Origin: Thermoanaerobaculia bacterium
GTDB taxonomy: Bacteria > Acidobacteriota > Thermoanaerobaculia > Multivoradales > UBA5704
Assembly (NCBI GenBank): GCA_044226625.1
Contig: JBGAGQ010000063.1
Span: 1 to 36,355 of the forward strand
DNA length: 36,355 nucleotides
Direction: 5' to 3'
Positions 8,593 through 15,557 of this stretch are shown here, piece by piece (positions within the stretch are counted from its first letter, which is position 1; each line of letters starts with the position of its first letter). The translations under genes were made by a program, and so were the position numbers. The notes under the pieces were generated by a model. That model was not told where the DNA came from. It was given only the letters and a program-made list of their open reading frames with translations, and searched no databases.

Positions 8593-8776
8593 CTAGCCCG
8601 AACTTCTCACCGGGCTTCTGCTGCGGCGGAAAATCTGCCGGCGCCTGCTGCGTTGCGCTTGTTCGTACTCCTCGACGGAGTGTCAACTACGCCTACGTCG
8701 TCCTCCCTTCGCGCGCCTTGCATTCACCGGCATCTTTTCCGCCTCGCTACGAAACTCTGTGAGAAATTCGGGCTAG
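8593..8776. mobile_element. 184-bp non-coding palindromic element (MITE/REP-like) with terminal inverted repeats
   Basis: Ends ctagcccgaacttctcac / gtgagaaattcgggctag (17/18 complementary); inner arms ggcggaaaa..tgccgg / ccggca..ttttccgcc; CTAG at both ends. Confidence 0.7.
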
Positions 8777-9135
8777 AGAGGAAGCAGTCGTACCCGCGAA
8801 GTCGCCGCGTCGATGACAGCCAGTGCGCCCTTCTCGAGCAGGTCTTGGTGCTGCCGTAGCGTAGAGACAACGAGAAGGCCGATGCTGGTCGGGAGAACGT
8901 CCTCGGTGCGAACTTGGACGATGCTGGGGCCATCGGCGCGCGTTAGGGCAAGAAGGCGGGAAAAGTCGAGGTCGTGAGAGAAGACAACGAAGCCCTTCTC
9001 CCGAGCCCATGCCAAAATCTCCGGATCGCTAGCTCTCTGATCACCGATTCGGGTCCAATGAGCAGCCTCGATGCCGTGTTGGTAGAGAAACCCCTCCCAC
9101 AGAGGAGAGAGATTCATGTCGATGAGAATCTTCAC
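8773..9135 (-). CDS. DUF5615-family PIN-like toxin (VapC45-like)
   Basis: MKILIDMNLSP, ASDPEILAWAR, VVFSHDLDF and GPSIVQVR. The GTG start overlaps the DUF433 stop (GTGA). Confidence 0.85.
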   Translation of the reverse strand: MKILIDMNLSPLWEGFLYQHGIEAAHWTRIGDQRASDPEILAWAREKGFVVFSHDLDFSRLLALTRADGPSIVQVRTEDVLPTSIGLLVVSTLRQHQDLLEKGALAVIDAATSRVRLLPL

Positions 9136-9362
9136 AAGCCTCCTACCAACACCTCTCGTTCCTCGACGCGCCACGTAGCGTAGGCCAAGGCGGCGCGAAT
9201 GTCGCCGAGTTCAAGATAGGGGTAGGAAGCGAGGACCTCGTCTTCGGAGTGCCCCGAGGCCAAGAGCCCCAAGATCGTTCCGACCGTGACGCGAATCCCT
9301 CGGATGCAGGGCTTCCCCCCCATGACTTCCGGGTCGAGGGTGATGCGGGCTAGGTCGCTCAT
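9132..9362 (-). CDS. DUF433-family antitoxin
   Basis: RITLDPEVMGGKPCIRGIRVTV...YPYLELGDIRAALAYA; GGAGG RBS. Confidence 0.9.
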   Translation of the reverse strand: MSDLARITLDPEVMGGKPCIRGIRVTVGTILGLLASGHSEDEVLASYPYLELGDIRAALAYATWRVEEREVLVGGL

Positions 9363-9490
9363 GGCTTACCCTCCGAGAGGTAACGCCCAATATATCCCGC
9401 GAGACGCACAGTGCGTCCGTGCCGAACTCGCGCCGCGCACTCCGGTCTGGTCGCGTACGCGCCTAGGGTGCAGGCTCCCGGTTTTTCGAA

Positions 9491-10066
9491 TCAACCGGAG
9501 CCGAGAGCAGCCGCCGCGTCGATCAGCTCCGCGAACGCGAGCAGATCGGCCTCCGTGGCGTTCGGGCAGAGCCACCGGATATTCAGGTTGTCCACCGTCT
9601 CCGGCCGCCTGAGATAGGCAAGCGCCTCGTCGACGCAATCGTGCTCGACGAGGAAGCGCTTGAGGTCGTTCATGAAGGTTCCGGCGCTGAATAGGTGGTA
9701 GTTGAAGAATCCCTGCACCAGCACCCCTTCGAGGAATGTCTCGGGCGAGCGGAGAGCGATGCGCGACCAGGCCTCGGTCGAGATCACCGAGCCGCGGGCG
9801 AGGTCGACCGCCACCTCCGTGAGATCGGTCGCCTCGTCCGCCTCGCCTTCGCGAAGCTGCCAGCGGGTGAAGTGGATCAACCGCACCAGGTTGACCGTCT
9901 GGACCGCGAGCAGCGCCCAGACCGGGTGATCGCGGGGGAGATCGTCGAGGCGTTCGAACGTTCGCCGTACGGCCGCCAGCAGCTGCGTCCGCAGGGGGCA
10001 CGGCGATCCTTCCACCAAGAACCAGAGGTCCTGGGCGATGACCCGCTCGATCTCCTCCGCGCTCAA
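9491..10066 (-). CDS. Hypothetical protein
   Basis: Open frame with GC-rich third positions and protein-like composition filling the gap downstream of the VOC gene. Start uncertain (TTG 10066). Confidence 0.55.
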   Translation of the reverse strand: MSAEEIERVIAQDLWFLVEGSPCPLRTQLLAAVRRTFERLDDLPRDHPVWALLAVQTVNLVRLIHFTRWQLREGEADEATDLTEVAVDLARGSVISTEAWSRIALRSPETFLEGVLVQGFFNYHLFSAGTFMNDLKRFLVEHDCVDEALAYLRRPETVDNLNIRWLCPNATEADLLAFAELIDAAAALGSG

Positions 10067-10079
10067 CGGGCTGGCGGCC

Positions 10080-10481
10080 TCAGCCGTTTCCCTGGGGCTC
10101 GGTGATCGTGTACTTGAAGCCGTCGGGATCCGCGACCGAGAAGCCCTGCGGCCCCCAGGGGAGCTTCTGCACCTCGGCTTCGAGCGCATACCCGGCCGCC
10201 TTCACCTGGTTGGCGAGCGCGTGGAGATCCTGCTCGGTCTCGACCCAGAAGCGGAGGCCGACGCCCTTCACCCGATCGCGCCCCTTGGCGAAGTCGTCCT
10301 GGCCGAGGCCGAGGAGGCTCGAACCTCCTTTGAGCATGACGAAGCGGAGCTTCCCCTCGTGCTCGTCGCGATCGAGGATCTCGAAGCCGAGCCCCTCGGT
10401 GTAGAACTTCAGGCTCGCGTGGATGTCGTTGCAGGTCAGGCCAGGTGCGATTCCCTTGCCCTCCAGTTTCACGTCGCCCAT
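10080..10481 (-). CDS. VOC/glyoxalase family protein
   Basis: SLKFYTEGLGF and LPWGPQGFSVADPDGF; AGGAGG RBS before ATG 10481. Confidence 0.9.
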   Translation of the reverse strand: MGDVKLEGKGIAPGLTCNDIHASLKFYTEGLGFEILDRDEHEGKLRFVMLKGGSSLLGLGQDDFAKGRDRVKGVGLRFWVETEQDLHALANQVKAAGYALEAEVQKLPWGPQGFSVADPDGFKYTITEPQGNG

Positions 10482-10509
10482 CGTCGTTCCTCCTTTTCTT
10501 GAGGGGAGG

Positions 10510-10538
10510 AACATACGCGAGCGGCCGGAGGACGGCAA
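10510..10538 (-). promoter_or_regulatory. Candidate sigma70 promoter of the VOC gene
   Basis: TTGCCG-17 bp-TATGTT on the minus strand. Confidence 0.5.
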
Positions 10539-10546
10539 CCGATCTC

Positions 10547-11362
10547 TTAGACCTGGACGGAGACGCGCAAGTAGGTGGCCGAGATCGAGGTGCTCCCATC
10601 CGTCGCCCGATTCTGCTCGTTCGCGAGATCGAGCAGCTGGGCGTGCAGCGCCTCTTCCCGGCCGCCGACGCGCGCCGCTTCGAAGGCGTTCATCGTCGGG
10701 CCGTAGTAGCGGCGGAACAGCTCGACCAGGTCGCTCGGGCTCTTGTCGGGAGCGACGAAATGGAAGGTGTCTCGCGTCATCGAGAGGTTCCGTTCGTCGA
10801 CACCCGCTTGAGTGAAGCGCTCGACGACGTGCGACTCGACGCCCCAAGTCATCGGGCTCACGAATCCCGCGGGCGGCGGGGGAGTGAACGCCGAGCTGAT
10901 CTTGAGCAGCTGGGAGACGAACGAGGAGGGGTCGTTCGGAATCCAGTTGCCCATCTCGATCCGGCCCCCCGGCCTGGTCACCCGCACCATCTCTCGGGCG
11001 ACCGCGAACGGTTGCGGCGCGAACATGGCGCCGAAGACCGAGAGCGTGAGGTCGAACGAGTCGTCTTCGATCCCTTGGAGCTCACAGGCGTCCCCTTCGA
11101 CGAACTCCAGCCTCTCCAGGCCGGCGGTCTCCGCGCGCCGGTTGCCCGCCGCCACCAGGTTGGACGCGATGTCGATGCCGAGCACCTGGGCTCCCCGCTC
11201 GGCGAGCGGAACCGCCGTGGTGCCGTCCCCGCAGCCGAGGTCGAGGGCCCGAAGCGGCGGCTCGACGCCGAGCGCCTCGACCAGCGCCTCGCCGGACCCC
11301 CGCATCAGGGCGGCGATCTCGGTGAAGTCTCCTTTTTCCCACAACGCTTTGTTCGGGTTCAT
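10547..11362 (-). CDS. Class I SAM-dependent methyltransferase
   Basis: LDLGCGDGTTA (motif I), FVEGDACEL, SFDLTLSVFGAMF and RVTRPGG; GGAGG RBS before ATG 11362. Confidence 0.9.
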   Translation of the reverse strand: MNPNKALWEKGDFTEIAALMRGSGEALVEALGVEPPLRALDLGCGDGTTAVPLAERGAQVLGIDIASNLVAAGNRRAETAGLERLEFVEGDACELQGIEDDSFDLTLSVFGAMFAPQPFAVAREMVRVTRPGGRIEMGNWIPNDPSSFVSQLLKISSAFTPPPPAGFVSPMTWGVESHVVERFTQAGVDERNLSMTRDTFHFVAPDKSPSDLVELFRRYYGPTMNAFEAARVGGREEALHAQLLDLANEQNRATDGSTSISATYLRVSVQV

Positions 11363-11471
11363 AGACCCTCCTCTCAAGAACAGGATCGAAATTCGGAGGA
11401 GAAACCCGACAGGCGAAGCGAAAGGATCTCGAAGGTGGGTCGGGAGCGCCGCTCCCAGGGGCTTCTCCGCG

Positions 11472-14105
11472 CTACGGCCCGCCGAGCTCCGCGAGGCGGG
11501 CTTTGGCCCGCACGACCCGGGGATCGGTGGCCGGAAGCGCGGCCGCCAGATCGGCGCAGCTCGTCCGCAACAGCGGCAGCGCCTCGTCCCGACGCCCGAG
11601 CGCCAGGAGGGCGGCCCCCATTTCGTTCTGCACTTCGGCGATCCGATAGTGGTGCGGGGCGAAGACGGCGACCCGGGTCGGCAGCGACCGGTCGAGGAGG
11701 ACGAGGGCCTCTTGGGCGTCCCCGCGGGCGAGCAGAAGTCGGGCGAGGGCGACCATCGGGCGCGAGGTGTTCAGGTGGGCCGGGCCGTAGGACTTCTCGA
11801 TCATCGCAAACGACCGCCGCAGCTCCGCCTCGGCCTCCGCTTCACGCCCCATGCGTCGGTGGAGATCGCCCAGGTTCGAGAGGGTGAGCCCGGTGAGGGG
11901 ATGCTCCGGGCCGAGAATCTTTCGGCGCATCGCGAGCGTCTCGAGGTAGCGGGCCTCGGCCTCTTCGTAGCGTCCTTCGTACATCAGATTGGTCGCGATG
12001 CTGTCGAGGGTGAACGCGATGTCCGGATGGGCTTCCCCGAGCCGGCGCCGCTGCCCGGCCAGCGCCTCCTGGAACGCGGCGTCGGCCTCGGTGAGCTTGC
12101 CCCGCTCTCCGAGCATCACGGCGTATCCCTGGAGGAGCTCGCAGATCAGCGGGTGATCGGGAGCGAAATTGCGCCGGGCGATGCGGAGGGCGAAAGCAAA
12201 GTAGCCGAGCGCCGCGCCCGACTCCCCTTGGCGGCCGCGCACCGTGGCGAGGTAGGAGAGGCTCGATGCGACGAGGGGATCGTTCGGTCCGAGCTTCTTC
12301 AGCCGGATCGCGAGGGCCTCGCGTTGGGCGGCGTAGGCCCCCTTCAGATTTCCCTGCTGGAAGCGGGCTCGGCCGAGCATCTCGAGAGTCGCCGCGCGGT
12401 CCAGGTCGGCGACCGCGCCGAGCTTCTCTTGTTGGATCTGGCAGGAGGTGAGGATCTGCTCGGCGCGGGCGTGCTGACCCCGGACGAAGAGGACGTAGCC
12501 GAGCTGATATTGGTAGATCAACCGTTCGGCGTCCAGAGCCCCGGATCGCGCGCCGAGAGAGGCCGCGCGCACGATCAGGGGGCCCGCTCGATCGAAAGCC
12601 CCGAGGTTCAAATAGACGTCGCCGATCACGCTCGCGAGATGCGCTTCGACCTGGGGATCTCCTTCCACCTGTTGCAGGAGATGACGGGCGCCGAGATCGA
12701 GCACCTCCTCGACCGTCGGCTTCGAGCTGGCCGCACGCGCGTTTGGATCGGCGCCGCGGAACAGGTCGACCAGGAGCGACAGGGCGCGCTCCGAGCGATC
12801 GTGCTCGCGCGCGATCCGTCGCGCCTGGGCCGACGCGAAGAATCCATAAGCCAAGCTCGAAAGGAAGAGGAGCCCCGCGAGACCCGCGGCGAGCGGGTTG
12901 CGCCGGAGGAATTTCTTCGCCCGGTAGCCCCAACCGTCCGGGCGCGCTTCGACCGGAAGATGCTCGAGGTAGCGCCGGAGGTCCTCGCCGAGCCGCTCGA
13001 CCGAGGGATATCGCCGCTCCGGCTCGTGGCGCAATGCCTTCTGGAGAATGTTGTCGAGATCTCCGGACAGCTGGCGGGCGAGCCCTCGCGGCGTCGTCGC
13101 GCGGCGGCGGGCGATCTCCTCCATCGAGACCGGCATGCCGCGCTCGGTCGGCTCGATACGCCGCGCCCTTCGGTTCGAGGTGTCCGCCTCTCCGCGGGCG
13201 ACGGTGTTGGGCCAGGTGGGCGAGGTGCGGGGGAGCGCGCCGGTGAGCAGTCGAAACAGCACCACGCCGAGCGAATAGATGTCGGTCGCTGTGGTGACGG
13301 GCTCGCCGCGCAGCTGCTCGGGGCTCGCGTAGCTCGGGGTGAGAGCGGGGGAGATCGTCCGTCCGCCCTCCTCGTCGAGCTCGTTGGGCGACAGAACCTT
13401 GGCGATGCCGAAGTCGAGCAGTTTCGGCGCTCCATCCGCTCCGACCAAAATGTTGCTCGGTTTCAGGTCGCGATGGACGACGAGGTTCTTGTGCGCGTAG
13501 GCGACCGCCGCGCAGACCGTTCGAAACAGCCGAATGCGCTCGACGATCGACAGCCTTCGCTCGTCGCAGTGGCGGTCGATCGGCAGACCGTCGACCCGCT
13601 CGAGGACGAAGTAGGGGACGCCGTCCTCGGTCGTGCCGCCGTCGAGCAGGCGGGCGATGTTCGGATGCTCGAGCCGCGCGAGGATCTGCCGCTCCTGCAC
13701 CAGTCGCTCGGCGAGTCGCGGATCGAAGAGCCCCGGGTAGACCAGCTTGACCGCGACCTGGTGCTCGTAGGCTTGATCGGCCCGTTCGGCAAGGTAGACC
13801 ACGCTCATGCCGCCGCGGCCGATCTCCCGCACCAGGATGTAGTTGCCGACGCGCCTCCCGGCCCATCCGTCGGCGGGCCCCTTCACCGCGCCGCCGCCGG
13901 CGGGCCCCGCCGGGTTCACGGAATCGGGCCGGCGCTCCAGGAACGAGCCGGCTTCGCCGTGCGCCGCGAGCAGCGAGCCGACTTCTCTTTCGAGGTCCGA
14001 GTCGTCGCGGCAGGCCTCGGCGAGCCAGGCGGCGCGTTCGCCCTCGGGCCGTTCGAGAGCCGCGTCCAGCAGATCGAGAACCCGGCGCCAGCGTTCAGCG
14101 TCCAG
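11472..14105 (-). CDS. Membrane Ser/Thr protein kinase with C-terminal TPR repeats (ECF-associated)
   Basis: GRGGMSVVY, VAVK, HRDLKPSN, DFG and YASPEQ, followed by a TM helix and TPR-like repeats (LGxxHP). The typical N-terminal helix (DAERWRRVLDLLDAALE) extends the frame to a CTG at 14103-14105 with GGAGG 6 nt upstream. Confidence 0.9.
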   Translation of the reverse strand: MDAERWRRVLDLLDAALERPEGERAAWLAEACRDDSDLEREVGSLLAAHGEAGSFLERRPDSVNPAGPAGGGAVKGPADGWAGRRVGNYILVREIGRGGMSVVYLAERADQAYEHQVAVKLVYPGLFDPRLAERLVQERQILARLEHPNIARLLDGGTTEDGVPYFVLERVDGLPIDRHCDERRLSIVERIRLFRTVCAAVAYAHKNLVVHRDLKPSNILVGADGAPKLLDFGIAKVLSPNELDEEGGRTISPALTPSYASPEQLRGEPVTTATDIYSLGVVLFRLLTGALPRTSPTWPNTVARGEADTSNRRARRIEPTERGMPVSMEEIARRRATTPRGLARQLSGDLDNILQKALRHEPERRYPSVERLGEDLRRYLEHLPVEARPDGWGYRAKKFLRRNPLAAGLAGLLFLSSLAYGFFASAQARRIAREHDRSERALSLLVDLFRGADPNARAASSKPTVEEVLDLGARHLLQQVEGDPQVEAHLASVIGDVYLNLGAFDRAGPLIVRAASLGARSGALDAERLIYQYQLGYVLFVRGQHARAEQILTSCQIQQEKLGAVADLDRAATLEMLGRARFQQGNLKGAYAAQREALAIRLKKLGPNDPLVASSLSYLATVRGRQGESGAALGYFAFALRIARRNFAPDHPLICELLQGYAVMLGERGKLTEADAAFQEALAGQRRRLGEAHPDIAFTLDSIATNLMYEGRYEEAEARYLETLAMRRKILGPEHPLTGLTLSNLGDLHRRMGREAEAEAELRRSFAMIEKSYGPAHLNTSRPMVALARLLLARGDAQEALVLLDRSLPTRVAVFAPHHYRIAEVQNEMGAALLALGRRDEALPLLRTSCADLAAALPATDPRVVRAKARLAELGGP

Positions 14106-14700
14106 GGGGGGCCTCCGCGGCGCCGAGCGGCTTGAGCTCGCGGTAGAGCCAGGCTTTCGCGGCCCGGAAACGGCGTACCACGGTCGCCGAGGAGAGCTCG
14201 AGCGCCTGGGCCGTCTCGTCGAGCGTCAGGCCGCCGAAGGTGTGGAGCTCGATCACCGAGATCGCTTCCGGGTCGAAGGCGGCCAAGCGCTCGAGCGCGG
14301 CGTCCAGCGCGATCAGGTCAATCTCGCGCGCGGGGGCGGCAAGGCCCGCTTCTTCGAGCAGCACCCGTACGCGACCGCCGCCGCGCTTGTCGCGCGCGAG
14401 GCTCCGCGCGTGGTCGACCAGGACCCGCCGCATCATCCTCCCGGCCATCGCGCAGAAATGGCTACGGTTCTGCCAGTCGATCGCCCGCAGCTCGGAGAGG
14501 CGCAGGTACGCCTCGTGGACCAGAGCGGTCGGTTCGAGCGTGTGCTCGTCCCGCTCGCCGCGAAGCTGCGCCGCGGCCAGACGCCGCAGCTCGTCATATA
14601 AAGCGGGAACCCAAGAATCCGCCGCCGCGAGATCTCCCGCGCTCCAGGCATGCAGGAGCTCGGTGACCGACCGCTCGCCGGGTGCCGCATCGGATGCCAT
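14095..14700 (-). CDS. ECF RNA polymerase sigma factor (kinase-associated, TIGR02999-like)
   Basis: VTELLHAWSAGD, YDELRRLAA, HTLEPTALVHEAYLRL, WQNRSHF and GLTLDETAQAL; overlaps the kinase start. Confidence 0.92.
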   Translation of the reverse strand: MASDAAPGERSVTELLHAWSAGDLAAADSWVPALYDELRRLAAAQLRGERDEHTLEPTALVHEAYLRLSELRAIDWQNRSHFCAMAGRMMRRVLVDHARSLARDKRGGGRVRVLLEEAGLAAPAREIDLIALDAALERLAAFDPEAISVIELHTFGGLTLDETAQALELSSATVVRRFRAAKAWLYRELKPLGAAEAPPGR

Positions 14701-14851
14701 ACCCTGAGTATACGAAGCGGTCGGGGCGGGGGTTCCCCCATGGGACCGGGAAACTTGGAATGTGGTTGATCGACGGGATGGGGGTACGGCGCCTATTCGA
14801 CTAGGCGGCGAGCGGGGCTGGCAATTGGCTCGCCGGGAGGACGACCGTACG

Positions 14852-15253
14852 ATGTGTCGAGGCGACTTTTCTTCTCGAATTCAACAACTCGTGGTCGAGG
14901 AAGGTGGCGGCACGGAACGAACCAACATCCCGGACCGCCTGCCGCCGAGCTCGATGGAACGGATGCTCTTCGCCGTGTCGCTCGGCTCCGAAGAGCAGGG
15001 CTTGCTCGCGAGCTTCATCGACGACGGCCATTGGTGTCTGCTCACGACGAACCGGCTGATCTGGCGAAACGCCCCAACCCTCGGCAGCCTCCGTTGGTCG
15101 GAGATCCAGGATCTCGAAGGTGGCCCGGAGTTCACCGTCGGCGGTGGCTGGGGCGACCGCATGCCGCTCCCCGTCGAGCCGGGCCGCGGAAGAGCCCTGC
15201 TCGAAAGCGCCCTTCATGAGCTCCGGCCGGTGGAGGCGGCGAAGGCGGCTTGA
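14852..15253 (+). CDS. Hypothetical protein
   Basis: GGAGG RBS before ATG 14852. WCLLTTNRLIW...LRWSEI is reminiscent of bacterial PH-like folds (weak). Confidence 0.55.
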   Translation: MCRGDFSSRIQQLVVEEGGGTERTNIPDRLPPSSMERMLFAVSLGSEEQGLLASFIDDGHWCLLTTNRLIWRNAPTLGSLRWSEIQDLEGGPEFTVGGGWGDRMPLPVEPGRGRALLESALHELRPVEAAKAA

Positions 15254-15557
15254 ATCCCTTAGCTCAACTGTAGAGCGTGCTCCGGGGAGAAGCGCAAATC
15301 TCCGGAGCCTGGTTCCTCGCGCAAAGGTAGAGCGGGGGACCTCCGCGAGTAACGCCCGAGCGCGGGCGTCGGGGGGCATGACTCGATTCGGGAGAAGCCC
15401 TCCCGTACCGCCGCGGCCTGTGGTAAGAAATCGCCCAGCTTTCAGTACCCTGAGGAACGAACGGGCTCGGCCCCGACGAGGCCGAGCCAGCCCCGCTCGT
15501 CGAGCATTCGACGTCGGGCAAATCAGCTCGGCGTGTGTCGTTTGTAGGGGAGATGAC

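Noticed and set aside
4870-8776. Integron cassette array or CRISPR interpretation of the repeated segments
   Set aside because: The repeats are gene-leader duplicates with no RYYYAAC/GTTRRRY attC pairs or regular spacers; cargo lies in both orientations; no intI or cas genes.
10812-14135. 1107-aa plus-strand ORF
   Set aside because: Antisense shadow of the kinase and methyltransferase genes in high-GC DNA; no motifs.
15260-15290. tRNA D-arm-like TAGCTCAACTGTAGAGCG
   Set aside because: No acceptor stem, anticodon arm or TTCG T-loop at the proper spacing; not a tRNA.
15280-15345. Partial resemblance to c-di-GMP-I (GCGCAAA..CCGG..AGCGGGG) or cobalamin (CAACTGTA) riboswitch words
   Set aside because: The required GGCAAA/GNRA hairpin, and the GGGAA and B12-box elements, are missing.
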